A stretch of 57,092 nt of DNA, the filler included, from Jimgerdemannia flammicorona (Eukaryota), in NCBI GenBank assembly GCA_003990765.1. It is 2 parts of 2 records of this genome, joined end to end, with 100 filler letters (N's around TTAATTAATTAA, not from the genome) between each part and the next. Parts side by side here need not be neighbours in the genome. Positions count along the whole stretch, not along the records: positions 1 to 28,521 come from RBNJ01000556.1; 1 more part is not named here. One strand, written 5' to 3'. A program made the position numbers and the translations under genes. Below are positions 1 to 12,110 of this stretch, one piece after another (position 1 is the first letter of the stretch; each line of letters begins with the position of its first letter). Under the pieces are notes generated by a model. That model ran no database searches and was not told the DNA's origin. It saw only the letters and a program-made list of their open reading frames with translations.

Positions 1-22
1 AAAAAAAAAAAAAAAAAAAAAA

Positions 23-855
23 GTCTATTATAACTTGTTCAAATTTCTTAGTTAAAATTAGTAGTGGTTATAGCAAACTGACTGGTGCTTGGTTGATATA
101 TTTATTGCACTGACAGAGATCATAGCTAGTAATATAGTTCTTGATTTTCTTGATCATACTTAGCCAATAGTAGTAATACTGAATATTCTTAATAGTTTTC
201 TCAATTTCTAGATAACTAGTAAGTAAGAAGTCATAGTGCTCTTATAGTATCTTATAGTGTAGATTTATGTTATCAGATAGATAGACTTTGTCTTGATAGT
301 AGATCAAATTGTTCTCAATAGTATATATATCTTTAAGCTTATTTAAGAAAACTCTAATAGTAATAGTATCTTCTTTGTAAGCTTATCTAATTTGGTCTAG
401 AAATTCTAGTGCCAGGGTGACTTGTATGATTGTGGTGAGGTCTGGGTATCTAGATAAGATATCTGATACTATAAGTATCTTATCAGGCTTATAGATAATC
501 ATCAGATTGAAGCTTTGAAGCTTTAGACTCTATTTGACTTATAGATATAATAGAGTATTTTAGGTATTGATGTACTTAAGTACTTGATGGTCAGTAATAA
601 CATCAAACTCAATACCTTCTAGATAGTATCACTAGTGATTTAGTATATATATTATTACTAGTAGCTCTATTTTATAGATGACTAGCTTTTATTTAACTGA
701 GACCAACTTGCAAGACTTGAAGACAATAGAGTAATATTCTTTGCCATTATCTTGTAATAAAACTACTCTAATGGCAAAATTTAATACATCAGTAGTAATG
801 GTAAATTTTAAACTTAGATCTGCATTATATAAGACTGGAGTATTGGCATAGCCTA
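23..855 (-). mobile_element. Degenerate Ty3/gypsy pol fragment (RNase H to start of integrase)
   Basis: Minus-strand translation gives RNase H motifs YLEGIEFDVITDHQVLKY and QVK*SLKLQSFNLMIIYKPDKILIVSDILSRYPD with stops; boundaries approximate. Confidence 0.8.
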
Positions 856-2087
856 CCCTAAGTATAGAAGAAAGAAGAAGAAATATAAATATATTTCAGA
901 GACATCTATAGCTAAAGTTGCAGAAGTATAAGCAATTTGGGGTCAAGAATTATCTGAGGAAGAAGAAACTCTTAAACAGAAGGTTCTTGAATAAAAAGCA
1001 CTAGAAGAAGAAGAGGTCCCCAAACTCATCCCCTGGGATGACCCTTATTGGATACTATCTAAAGATAATGACCCCTGGAATACTGAAGAAGGACCCAGTA
1101 CAATCCCCATTATTTCTAAGCAAGAAATACATCAAGAAAAAGCCTTTCAGTTAGGAAGATATCTATATTAAATGGTCTTCTATTCTCCTTGAGACTACTA
1201 CTATCGGTACTATTTACTAGACTAACAAGAAAAACGGAGACTTCAAAGATTAGAACTCTTAACCACAGTTGTATAGTCAACTACCTTTCAAGAAGTTACC
1301 ACCAAGTTGCAAAGGCAATTTAGAGAATAAGGTCTCTTCATCCAAACAGAAGTATATCTCTTATCTACTCTTTTCCCAGTCTATGACTAAAATAGATACT
1401 AATTTCCAAAACAGCAAGAAATCAATAACTGGGAATAGCATTTCTGAGCAATAGGATATTGCAATCATAGAAGACACCCAGACTGCTGAGACTACAGATA
1501 TCAGAAGATTCACCTTAGCAAGAATGTTATAATCCATATATTGAAGAGAGGAGATAATAGAGGTCAGATCCAAAAAAGTCAAGCCAAGAAGTCAGAAAGA
1601 AGAATTCTTAAGATCTATAATTTGGAAGAAGATATCCTAGCTCTTATTAGACATACAACCCACCAAGAATAGGTAAAAAATGCCACCAACTTTATGGAAG
1701 CCCTAGACTCTATAGAAAAAAGAGAAATTAATTATCTCTGAGATCTCTCTATTGGAGCCAGATGGCCACACCTCAGCCTCAGAGCTTAGAGACTCTCTGT
1801 CAGTGGAGCCTCAGCCTAAGGATAGTCTGAACTTAGTAAAGATATTGCCCAGTATGCCCTGCTATATCCCAAGGCCAAACCTCTGACCAAAGCCCACCAA
1901 GAAGATATAAGGTATAACCTCTATAGTCTGGAGGATGAACCTATTAAGCCTAGAAGAACACTGATGTTCAGAACTGAACTAGTTATATAGTCACTCCAAG
2001 GAACTTATATCTAACTAACCTCAAGGTCTGGACTTATCAGATAAGGAATAACCATAGAAGGAGAAACTATAGACCCAGAATACATAG

Positions 2088-3621
2088 TGTAATAGTGATC
2101 CCAGAATGATAACATCAGTATAGGAGACAGCCTTTTCTTACAAGCCACTAGATCAGAGCACAAGAAGATCATATGGTATATGAGATGAGTAATGATGACC
2201 AACTGTGAGTCATTGTGACCACAGCATAAGCATCCTGAAGAATATAAAAGAAGGATCAAGGAACCACAGTAGCAACAATCAACAAGAACCACTAATCCCA
2301 AAATAGCTCAAAGACTTACCACAAACAAAATGCCTGCTGCCCACCAAACCTCAAGGTCAAGGAATCACTAAGGTATCTCAGTCGAGAAAAGGATGTTCCA
2401 AGACATCAGAAGAGCCATGAGGACCCACTCAAGAAGGACTTCTAGTATCAACCTGAGTACTGCAGACCCTTATCACTTTATTCTCTACCACTGTGAAATG
2501 GAAATAAGGATCACTATTGCTACCGAATGTCTCTAAATGTGGCAGGAGTATGAAATAGAAAATCTCCTCTGCTGGGAGTTCCCACAAGCCAGCACCCAAG
2601 AGCTACAAGATGCCACTTCCATAGATATATGTGAAACAAGGACAGCTAAGAAGATTCATCAGATCTTCAGGCATGCACTATGGTCAATCTCTAACTTGGA
2701 GTATGTTAGAGTCTCAAACTTCAGAGACCTATTATCCTGCCATATCAATGCACTAGAAGCCAGGGTGGCTACAGAAGTCCAGTCCACTATCACCCTCAAT
2801 AGTGAAGAAGTAGAAGACTTCTGGCACCCTATCCTTCAGGACAACCCAAACCAATTTCTGCAAGGATTGATCTCAGTATTCCAAGGCTCAAGTATCTAGA
2901 TTAGACCTCCCCAAGACCTTACATTTGTTCCCTATTTTGTGGAAGAGAACCTCATAGACTAGAGAGCTCCAGATCTTGTTCCTGATTTTCCCGCCACAGC
3001 TGAACATGATGATGTCATCAGCGATGACGTCATCCCATGTGACATTAACATATACGAGATGTATAACAAAGTACGTGAAAATGATGAATTTGTAGATCTC
3101 ATCTCCTTCAGTGATGATAATAATGAGGATAAAGCTCTCATGGTCCTGAACTTTCTGCTCTAAGTTCTGTATTACATATACTGAATAATACCAGTACTGG
3201 TATTCTCATGTAACACTGGATAATACTAGCACTGGTATTCTGAGATGACATGAAATTGTTCCAGCACCAGCATTTTGATGTGACACTAAATAATGCCAGC
3301 CCTGGAACTTAGTAGTTTTAGTTATTGGAATTTATATTTAGCTTTATATCTTAGCAACCATTGAATTATATTTTGTATAAATACCTCTCTTATTTTCTCT
3401 GAAATAAAGTCAGTCAATTCAGTGTATTTAGTCAAGTATAATATATATACTTCCTTGCAAGCAATCTAAGAGATAACTTTAAAGATAAGAAGTTTGAGGA
3501 CTATAAGACCTTGGGAAGGCACTCCAATAAGAACTTGCTTATAACAACTTGAGTTAGTCTAAGAGATACATCTTGAAGAGAATCTGGTATATTTGAAGAA
3601 CTCAGTGATCACTATATGATA
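2088..3621 (+). repeat. 5' LTR of element A
   Basis: Aligns end to end with 10540-12110; begins TGTAATAG, ends ATGATA (CA mutated to TA). Confidence 0.93.
2330..3163 (+). pseudogene. 277-codon reading frame inside the 5' LTR (unknown protein, acidic C-terminus)
   Basis: ATG 2330 to TAA 3163, 834 nt with no frameshift; internal stops are consistent with single transitions; same frame and length in the 3' LTR. Confidence 0.7.
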
Positions 3622-3624
3622 ACT

Positions 3625-3641
3625 TGGTGCCCATTGGCTGG
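3625..3641 (+). promoter_or_regulatory. Putative primer-binding site of element A
   Basis: TGGTGCCCATTGGCTGG 3 nt after the 5' LTR; primer tRNA not assigned. Confidence 0.65.
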
Positions 3642-5834
3642 TGATTCAAGATGAATCCCTCACTTTCAAGCTGAAAAACAAACAACCCCCACAACAACTA
3701 CCCTGACTACAAGAGTCACCCCTACAAGAATTCAAGATAAGATAGAAATATATCCCCCCACATTCTATAGATATACTACTGAAGAGTCAATCCTGACCTT
3801 TATTGAAGACTTTGAACAATTTGCCACCATATGAGCCCTTGGTGTAGATGCTCAATTGGCTCTTCTACCAGTCAGCCTCAGAGAACCTGCTAGAGATAAG
3901 TTTAATGCAGCCACTATTGCTGGTGCTGATGCAGTCAAACTTACCAATATGAAGGCCTTCCTCAGAACAACATATTATACCGAAGAGATCAAGCAAGCTC
4001 TCAAGGATCAACTCAATACTATCTGCCAGAGACTTAGTGAAGATCCCAACTCATTCTATACCCGAATCTACCACCAGATTGTCTTGGCTGGCTATGATGA
4101 TGCTCTCAAGGAACAAATAGCAGATTCAACCTTCCTTAAAGGAGTTCACTCTGAAATTGCCCTAGCAATCTGGTCTACCCCAGCTGTACTGACTCTTGAT
4201 CAGAAAGTGGTCTTTGCACAGAGATATTGGACTGCTAGACACCCTGCTGAACACTCAATGGAGAAAATAACTGGCATCAAGATGGAGCCATCAAAGCCAA
4301 CTAGTATCTTACCTGCTACAGTTGTAAACAGATAACCAACCCTACCTACCCCCAAGATAGCCAAAGCTGACCCAGTGGAAGAACTTGCCAAGTAGTTCAC
4401 CAAGATGACTGCATACCTTGGTGATGTTGTTAGAGAAGTCTGAAGCGCCAACAGGAGACCAGTGCAGAGATTTGTAGTTGCTACAGAAGAATGCAATATC
4501 ACATGCTTCAGATGTGGAGAAGAGACCACTATGCAAAGAGTTGTATGACCGAAATGAGATGCAAAGCCCAACCAAGCAATGCTAGCAGAACTAGAGAACA
4601 AATCAATATAGTAGTCATCGAGGAGATTGGTGATACTGATGATGAAGAATACTATGAGGAGCTCGAATTCTACCCTGCTACTGAAGGTACCAGAACCCAG
4701 TCCAAGCCCTATAACAAGAAAAGCAACAGTAAGCCAGTTGGAAGACCAAAGAAGACCCCAGCTGTTACTATTCAAAGCAAGACCCAACCCAAGGAGATTG
4801 ATCAAGATATGGAGTTAGACAAAGCTACCTGCCAAATTATTGAAGGCACTTCTCCAGTCTCAGGAGAAAGCGAGAGCAAGAAGAAACAGAAGCTGTGTAA
4901 GACCAAGATCCACCAGTATGACATCTACAAGGACCTTAAGGAACAGAAGGTCAATGCCACTTTTGGGCAGCTAGCTGAAGTCTCTGCCTTCAGACAGCAG
5001 TTGAGAGTAGGACTTGCAACTACCATCAAGAACCAAGAGTACAAGATTGTAGAAGCTCACAATGTACAAGAAGAATCTGAGAACTCAGGTAAAGAATCTG
5101 AAGACCAGTGCAAGACATCAGCCTATAGCCTCTGCCAGATTGAAGACTGTATCTTTAATGCCATCATTGATACTGGTGCTGGAGGATGCCTCATGAGCAA
5201 GAAGGCAATTGACCACCTAGGTTGGAACATTGAAGAGTCCACCAAGATGGTCTATGTTATAGCAGATGGCACACAAGCTACTCCCCTTGGCAAAATCCAA
5301 GAAGTCCCCATCAAGATAGGAGGAGCTACCATCCCAGTAGACATGATTGTTACAAGCGCCACCAACTATGACATTCTCATTGGCAATCAATGGCTTCACA
5401 AGGCCAAGACCATCATTGACCTCAATGCCCAGAAGATGCAGATCAACTACAGAGGAAGAAAGGTACAAGTTTCTATCAATGTCTACAAAGGAGTCCTGCC
5501 AGACATAGAGGAAGGAGATAAAGAAGACACAGAGGTCTTCATGCACTCAGTGAACAAGAATAAGAACAAGACACCCAAGCTCACAGATGAGCAGTGGTAT
5601 AACAAGATCATCAATAGGTATGCCCCTCAAGGAAGATGCCCCCATGGTACTAGAATGTACTGCTCCAAATACTTGAATGACTACTGGTCCTGTATTAGCA
5701 AAGTCAGGAAAATCTGCCAACAGAAACATAAGCAAGAAGCTGCCGAAGCAAAAAGGAAAGCTGAAGAAGATGATCAGCCCCCAGAGCTTCAAGCTGACAG
5801 TAATGATGAGGAGGAACAAGAATCAGACATCACC

Positions 5835-6246
5835 CTCAAGGTCAAGAAGTTTCACCCTAAAGCCAAGATCCCAGAATACAAGACTGAAGGAGCCATAGGA
5901 ATAGACCTTGCCAGCATCCAAGATGCTACCCTTGAACTACAGACCACTACCCTACTTGGCACTGGAATTGGAGTCAAGTTGCCAGAAAACCATGCCAGAA
6001 TTATCAAGACCAGGAGCAGTCTGGCTAAAAGCGAAATCTCAGTTGAAGGAGGAGTAATTGACCCTGATTACACTGGTGAGATTTTTCTCATAATCAGAAA
6101 TCACAACCACACCACCCCCTTCAAAGTCAAGAAGCATGACAGGATTGGCCAGATGCTGATTCACGAAATCAAGAAGCCCAAGATCATAGAAGCCATTGAA
6201 CTTATCAAGATCAAGAGAGGAGAACAAGGCTTTGGATCTAATGGAA
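5835..6246 (+). other. dUTPase domain in element A pol, between PR and RT
   Basis: All five trimeric dUTPase motifs: AIGIDL, TRSSLA, GVIDPDYTGEI, DRIGQM, RGEQGFGS. Confidence 0.93.
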
Positions 6247-7571
6247 GAGGAGCCTATGCCACCACCAAGATTACTGAACTTGAGCACAAGAAAGATAAGG
6301 ACCAGAACAAGCACACATATACCATTGGAGAAAACTTTCCCCTGGAGGAACAACTTCTCAAGATCCTGTATCAGAATGAAGGAGTACTTGCTACAGACTT
6401 TAGGGATATCTACAATCAAGAACCCAAGTACTATCATGAAGTTGACACTGGTGATATCAAGCCTATCTACCAGAAAGCCAGACCCATACCACCTGCCTAC
6501 AGAGAATAGCTGCAAGCCAAACTCAAGGAAATAGAAGAAGCCAGAATCATCAAGTAAGCTATCAGCCCCTGAGCCTCACCCATTGTCCTTGCCCCAAAGA
6601 AAGAAAGCAAGCCTGGAGAGTTTGCACCAAGACTCTATATTGACTACAGGAAACTCAATGCCATCACCAAGAAGGATAGGCAGCTCTTGCTGAATATTCA
6701 AGAAATCCTTACCACTCTTGGAAGCAAAGCCAAATACTACACCACCTTGGATCTGTTCTCAGGCTTCCATCAGATCAGTCTCACTCAAGATGCCAGTGAG
6801 AAATCAGCTTTCATTATACCTGATGCCACCTATATCTATCTGCGAATACCATTTAGAATGTGCAATACCCCAGCAAGTTTCCAAAAAATGATGAACAGAG
6901 TCTTCAGCAATGAGATTGGAAAATGGCTCTTTGTCTATGTTGATGATGTGATCATCTTCAGCAATACTGCACAGAAACATATCAATTACATACAGCTAGC
7001 CCTCAAGAGGCTCAAGAAGCATGGCCTCTATATCAAGCCTAAGAAATGTAAGTTTACAGCTCAAGAAATCACCTACCTAGGACACCTCATCAACCAGACT
7101 GAAATCCACATAGACCCCATGAAGATCGAGGCTGTTGCAGCCTATCTGAGACCCAGAACAACTACAGAAGTCCATGCCTTCCTTGGACTGTCCAGCTACT
7201 ACAGAAGATTTATCAAAGGATACTCTAACATTGCAGCATCTATCTACGAGCTACTGAAGAAGGAGACCAAATTCGAATGGACCAAGGAGTACCAAGAAAC
7301 CTTCAATGAACTCAAGACCAGGTTGACCCAAGTACCCATCCTCAGAAGACCAGACTGGAACCTAGAATTCATCCTGCAGACAGATGTAAGTGCTATAGGA
7401 CTTAGAGCAGTTCTAGCTCAGAAGAAAGATGGACATGAATATGTCATCTCTTATGCAAGCCAAGGTACCCATGGAGCAGAACAGAACTACAAGTCATGCA
7501 AGCTTGAATGCTTAGCAGTAGTTTGGGTAGTAAATAAGTTCTACTACTACCTAGCTGGAAAATACTTCACC

Positions 7572-8778
7572 CCATTCTACCCCAATCTCAACCCACTCCC
7601 AGCCTTGCACCTTTAGGGTGTGAGTTGCGATCTCACTGCCCAAGTAACTAGATCCTCCTACCCAGCCTGCCCCACCCAGTGGGTATGGGTTGTGAGCCCC
7701 AACCATCTCAAATACTTGGCATCTAGTACATCTGACCTACCCCTATTAGTGCCTCCTGTCTTGCCCATCTAGCCCATCTTGCCTGCCCATGTTGCTCATG
7801 TTGCCATCTTACTGTCTTGCCTATCTTGCCCATCTTGCCCACCCATGTTGCCCTTGTTGCCCGTGTTGCCCATATTGCCTGCCTGTGTTGCCCATATTGT
7901 CTATCTTGCCTGTATTGCCCATGTTATCCATCTTGCCCATCTTGCCCATCTTGCCCATCTTGCCTGCCCATATTGCCCATGTTGCCCATGTTGCCTGTTT
8001 TGTCTGTTTTGCCTGTTTTGCCTGTTTTGCCCATCTTACCTATATCACCTATCTTGCCATCTGCCCGTCTTGCCCATGTCGCCCATCTTGCTGTCTTGCC
8101 CTTCTTGCCCATCTTGCCCACCCATGTTGCCCATGTTGCCCATGTTGCCCATATTATCCATATTGTCTGTATTGCCCATGTTACCTGCCCATATTGCCTG
8201 TATTGCCTGTGTTGCCCACCCATATTGCCCATATTGCCCATGTTGCCTGCCTGTATTGCCAGTGTTGCCCATGTTGCTCATTTTGCCTGTTTTGCCTGTT
8301 TTGCCCATTTTGCCCATTTTGCCCATTTTTCCCATCTTGCCCATGTCTCCTGTCTTACCATCTGCCCATGTTGCCCATGTTGCCCATCTTGCCATCTTGC
8401 CATCTTGCCCATCTTACTCATCTTGCCCATCTTGCCCGTCTTGCCTGTCTTGCCCATCTTGTCCATGTTGCCCATCTTGTCATCTTGCCATCTTATCCAT
8501 CTTGCCCATCTTGCCCACCCATATTGCCCATGTTGCCCATATTGCCCATGTTGCCCATGTTGCCCATATTGCCTGTGTTGTCTGTTTTGCCCATGTTGCC
8601 TGTCTTGCCATCTGCCCATCTTGCCCATATCACCTGTCTTACCATCTTGCTATCTTGCCCATCTTGCCCGTCTTGCCCATCTTGCCCATGTTGCTCATGT
8701 TGCCCATGTTTGTTTCTCTGAGTTGTATGTAAAACTGTTGCTTGAATTTTGTGTAATGTGAATTGTATCAGAGAGAGA
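7572..8778 (-). mobile_element. Non-autonomous retroposon: LINE-like 5' head, ~950-bp 8-9-nt minisatellite, ~185-bp unique 3' part
   Basis: 16-bp TSD TGGAAAATACTTCACC at 7556-7571 and 8779-8794 inside RNase H; reverse complement of 8731-8778 matches the LINE 5' end at 56943-56986. Confidence 0.85.
7757..8708. repeat. Minisatellite of TTGCCCATG/TTGCCCATC/TTGCCTGT-type units
   Basis: About 100 degenerate tandem units visible directly; source of the low-complexity ORFs in the track. Confidence 0.95.
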
Positions 8779-10529
8779 TGGAAAATACTTCACCATTTAA
8801 ATGGACTATTCCGCTCTTGCCTGGCTATTCCACACTCTGAACCCCAAAGGAATATATGCCAGATAGATCTACAGGCTGCAAGAGTATGACTGTACTGTCA
8901 AGCACTGCTCAGGAAAGACCAACACCAATGCCGATGCACTCTCAAGGACATTCCAAAACACCCCCATCAAGACTACTCAACATGAATAAGGAGCTATACT
9001 ATGGATTAATCAGCTATCTTGGGCAGCAGAAGATACCCAACTGCCTCAAACTCTGGACAATCACCATCATCAACCGGACTTGGAAATAGTTTGAATTAGA
9101 CAACACTATACTCAGAAAAGGAGGAAAGCTAGTAATACCTGAACACAAGTATCAAGTAATGAAGGAAGTACATGAGCAAGGACACTTAGAAGGAACCAAT
9201 ACATATGACAAGGTAAGAAGAACCATGTGGTGGCCCAAGATGGAAGAAGATCTGCACCAATTTGTCAAAGGGTGTGACAAGTGCCAAAAACAGAAATAAG
9301 ATCAGTAAGACCAGGCACCTGGGTCATTAAGAATTGAGCCTATCCCCTTCTACCACATTGCAATAGATATCATTGGACCACTACCAGTAATACTATCAGG
9401 AAACTGCTATATTATAGTTATTATAGACCTCTTCACCAAATGGATAGAGGCAGGAGCATTACAAGAAGTCAATGCCCTCTCTATAGCCAACTTCTTATAC
9501 TGAGAAATCATCTGCCACTACAAGATATCAAAGCAAATCACAACAGACTATGGTACAGAATTTGTCAATGGATTCCATGAGATAATATATCAGAAATACA
9601 TGATCCAGTACATCAAGACCACTACATACCACTCTCAAGGAAATGGACAGACAGAGAGAACCAATAAGACCCTCAAGAACATTCTAGCAAAGATCTCAGA
9701 GACATATGAGAATTGGGATAACTATCTCCCAACTACCCTCTCTGTTCTACAAGATATATGGTTATAGAGCACACATTTTACCCCAAGAGAGCTGCTCTTT
9801 GGAGAAGAAGATTCTGATGGAATCTCAGCCACAAATCTAGACCTAACTTGGAGATGGGTTGATGCAGAAATCTGGAGACTATACCAAATCAGGAAGAAGG
9901 CTGAAGATTACATTACCAAGTTATAAGCACTGACAAGGAAGAATGCAGAAAAGAATTACAAGGCCCTAGAACCCATCCAAATCAGAGAAAAGGTTCTACT
10001 GTATCAAAATATAATAGAAGCCTCATGGTCATGAAAACTGGAGCCCAAATAGGAAGGACCCTTCTACATGCAAAATATCAAGGAAACTATCTTCTGGCTT
10101 AGAAAAATCTCAGGGACCATACTGTCTATCATGGTACATAGGAACAGACTCAAGAAGTACCATGAACCTATACAAGAGAAGCAAAACATAATGACTGCCC
10201 ATGAGGTTCTAGTCTGCAAATCATAACAGCATATCCCATGACCAGCAGGTTATCTGTCTAGACCATTCTCTAAGGGATACGGTACTGGCAACTACTCATC
10301 CGTGAGACTTTCGAAGTCAGAGGAGTTCGAACTGTCAACTGATTGGTCAAGATCAGAATCAGGCCCTTGCTCTATATGAAGGGAGTGACTCTTCACTATC
10401 ATGCCAAAATACAAAGGGAAGATGCCAGCCCATAAATACCAGTTTTCAACCCCTTGCTGGAGGTTATAGGATCAGCAAATTTTTCAGAACTAGACCAATG
10501 AATAAGGACACTCAGGAAGATCCTTATTC

Positions 10530-10539
10530 AAGAGGAAGA
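10530..10539 (+). promoter_or_regulatory. Polypurine tract of element A
   Basis: AAGAGGAAGA immediately before the 3' LTR. Confidence 0.7.
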
Positions 10540-12110
10540 TATAATGGTGACCCAGAATGATGACATCAGCACAGGAGACAGCCTTTCCTTGCAAGCCACC
10601 AGATCGAAGCACAAGAAGATCATACGGCATATGAGATGAGCAATAATGACCAACTATGAGTCATTGTGACCACAGTACAAACATCCTGAAGAATATAAAA
10701 GAAGGATCAAGAAACTGCAGTAGCAGCAACCAACAAGAACCACCAATCCCAAAATAGCTCAAAGACTTACCACAAATGAAATGCCTGCTGCTCACCAAAC
10801 CTCAAGGTCAAGGAATCACCAAGGTATCTCAGTCAAGGAAAGAATGTTCCAAGACATCAGAAGAGCCATGAGGACCCACTCAAGAAGGACTCCTAGTGTC
10901 AACCTGGATACTGCAGACCCTTATCACTTCATTCTCTACCACTGTGAAATGGAAACAAGGATCACTATTGCTACCGAATGCCTCCAAATATGGCAGGAGT
11001 ACAAAATAGGAAACCTCCTCTGCTGGGAGTTCCCACAAGCCAGCACCTAAGAGCTATAAGATGCCACTCTCATAGATATATGCGAAACAAGGACAGCTAA
11101 GAAGATCCATCAGATCTTCAGGCATGCACCATGGTCGATCCCCAACTTAGAGTATATTAAAGTCTCAGACTTCAGAGACCTATCATCCCACTATATCAAT
11201 GTACTAGAAGCCAGGGTGGCTACAGAAGCCTGATCCACTATCACCCTCAACAGTGAAGAAGTAGAAGACTTCTGGCACCCTATTCTTCAGGACAACCCAG
11301 ACCAATTCCTACAAGAATTGATCTCAGTATTCCAAGGCCCAAGTATCTAGGTTAGATCTCCCCAAGACCCCACATTTGTTCCCTATTTTGTGAAAGAGAA
11401 CCTCATAGACTGGAGAGCTCCAGATCTTGTTCCTGATTTTTCTGCCACAGCCGAATGTGATGATGTTATTGGCAATGATGTCATCCTGTGCAACATCGAC
11501 ATACACGAGATGCATAATGAAGTATATGAAAATGATGAATTTGCAGATCTCATCTCCTTCAGTGATAATAATGACAAGAATGAAGCTCCCATGGTTCTGA
11601 ACTTTCTGCTCTAAGTTCTGTATTACACTGGATAATGCCAGCACTGGTATTCTCATATAACACTGGATAATGCCAGCACTGGTATTCTCATGTAATACTG
11701 GATAATGCCAGTACTGGTATTCTGAGGTGACATGAAATTGTTCCAGTACTGGCATTTTGATGTGACACTAAATAATGCCAGCTCTGGAACTTAGTAGTTT
11801 TAGTTATTGGAATTTATATTTAGCTTTATATCTTAGCAATCATTAAATTATATTTTGTATAAATATCCCTCTTATTTTCTCTGAAATAAAGTCAGTCAAT
11901 TCAGTGCATTCAGTCAAGTATAATATACACACTTCCTTGCAAGTAATCTAAGAGATAACAAGACAGTTTAAAGATAAGAAGTTTGAGGACTATAAGATCT
12001 TGGGAAGATACTCCAATAAGAACTTGCTTATAACAACTTGAGTTAGTCTAAGAGATACACCTTGAAGAGAATCTGGCATATTTGAAGAACTCAGCAACCA
12101 CTACATGACA
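10540..12110 (+). repeat. 3' LTR of element A
   Basis: Copy of 2088-3621 with one extra ~34-bp repeat unit; ends CATGACA. Confidence 0.93.
10781..11614 (+). pseudogene. 277-codon reading frame inside the 3' LTR
   Basis: ATG 10781 to TAA 11614, 834 nt; stops mostly at different codons than in the 5' copy. Confidence 0.7.

Larger units (their letters stand above)
3740..10190 (+). pseudogene. Disrupted gag-pol of element A
   Basis: Gag-like N-terminus; zinc knuckle CFRCGEE/DHYAKSC split by a frameshift (~4520); protease IIDTGA (D at 5169); RT YVDD (6936); RNase H; integrase H..H..CDKC, IAIDIIGPLP, ITTDYGTEF, GNGQTERTN, EGPF. Confidence 0.93.
2088..12110 (+). mobile_element. Full-length, inactivated Ty3/gypsy LTR retrotransposon A (gag-PR-dUTPase-RT-RNase H-IN)
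   Basis: Two ~1.55-kb direct repeats; outer ends TG (2088) and CA (12110); 4-bp TSD ATAG at 2084-2087 and 12111-12114; PBS-like and PPT sites; all pol domains in gypsy order. Confidence 0.95.

Noticed and set aside
2330..3163. LTR ORF as a retroviral env gene
   Set aside because: No signal peptide or transmembrane segment is visible, and it lies within the LTR
7779..8761. Three ~310-aa Cys/His/Pro-rich ORFs resembling metallothioneins
   Set aside because: All frames are open because the minisatellite lacks stops; they lie in a TSD-flanked insert
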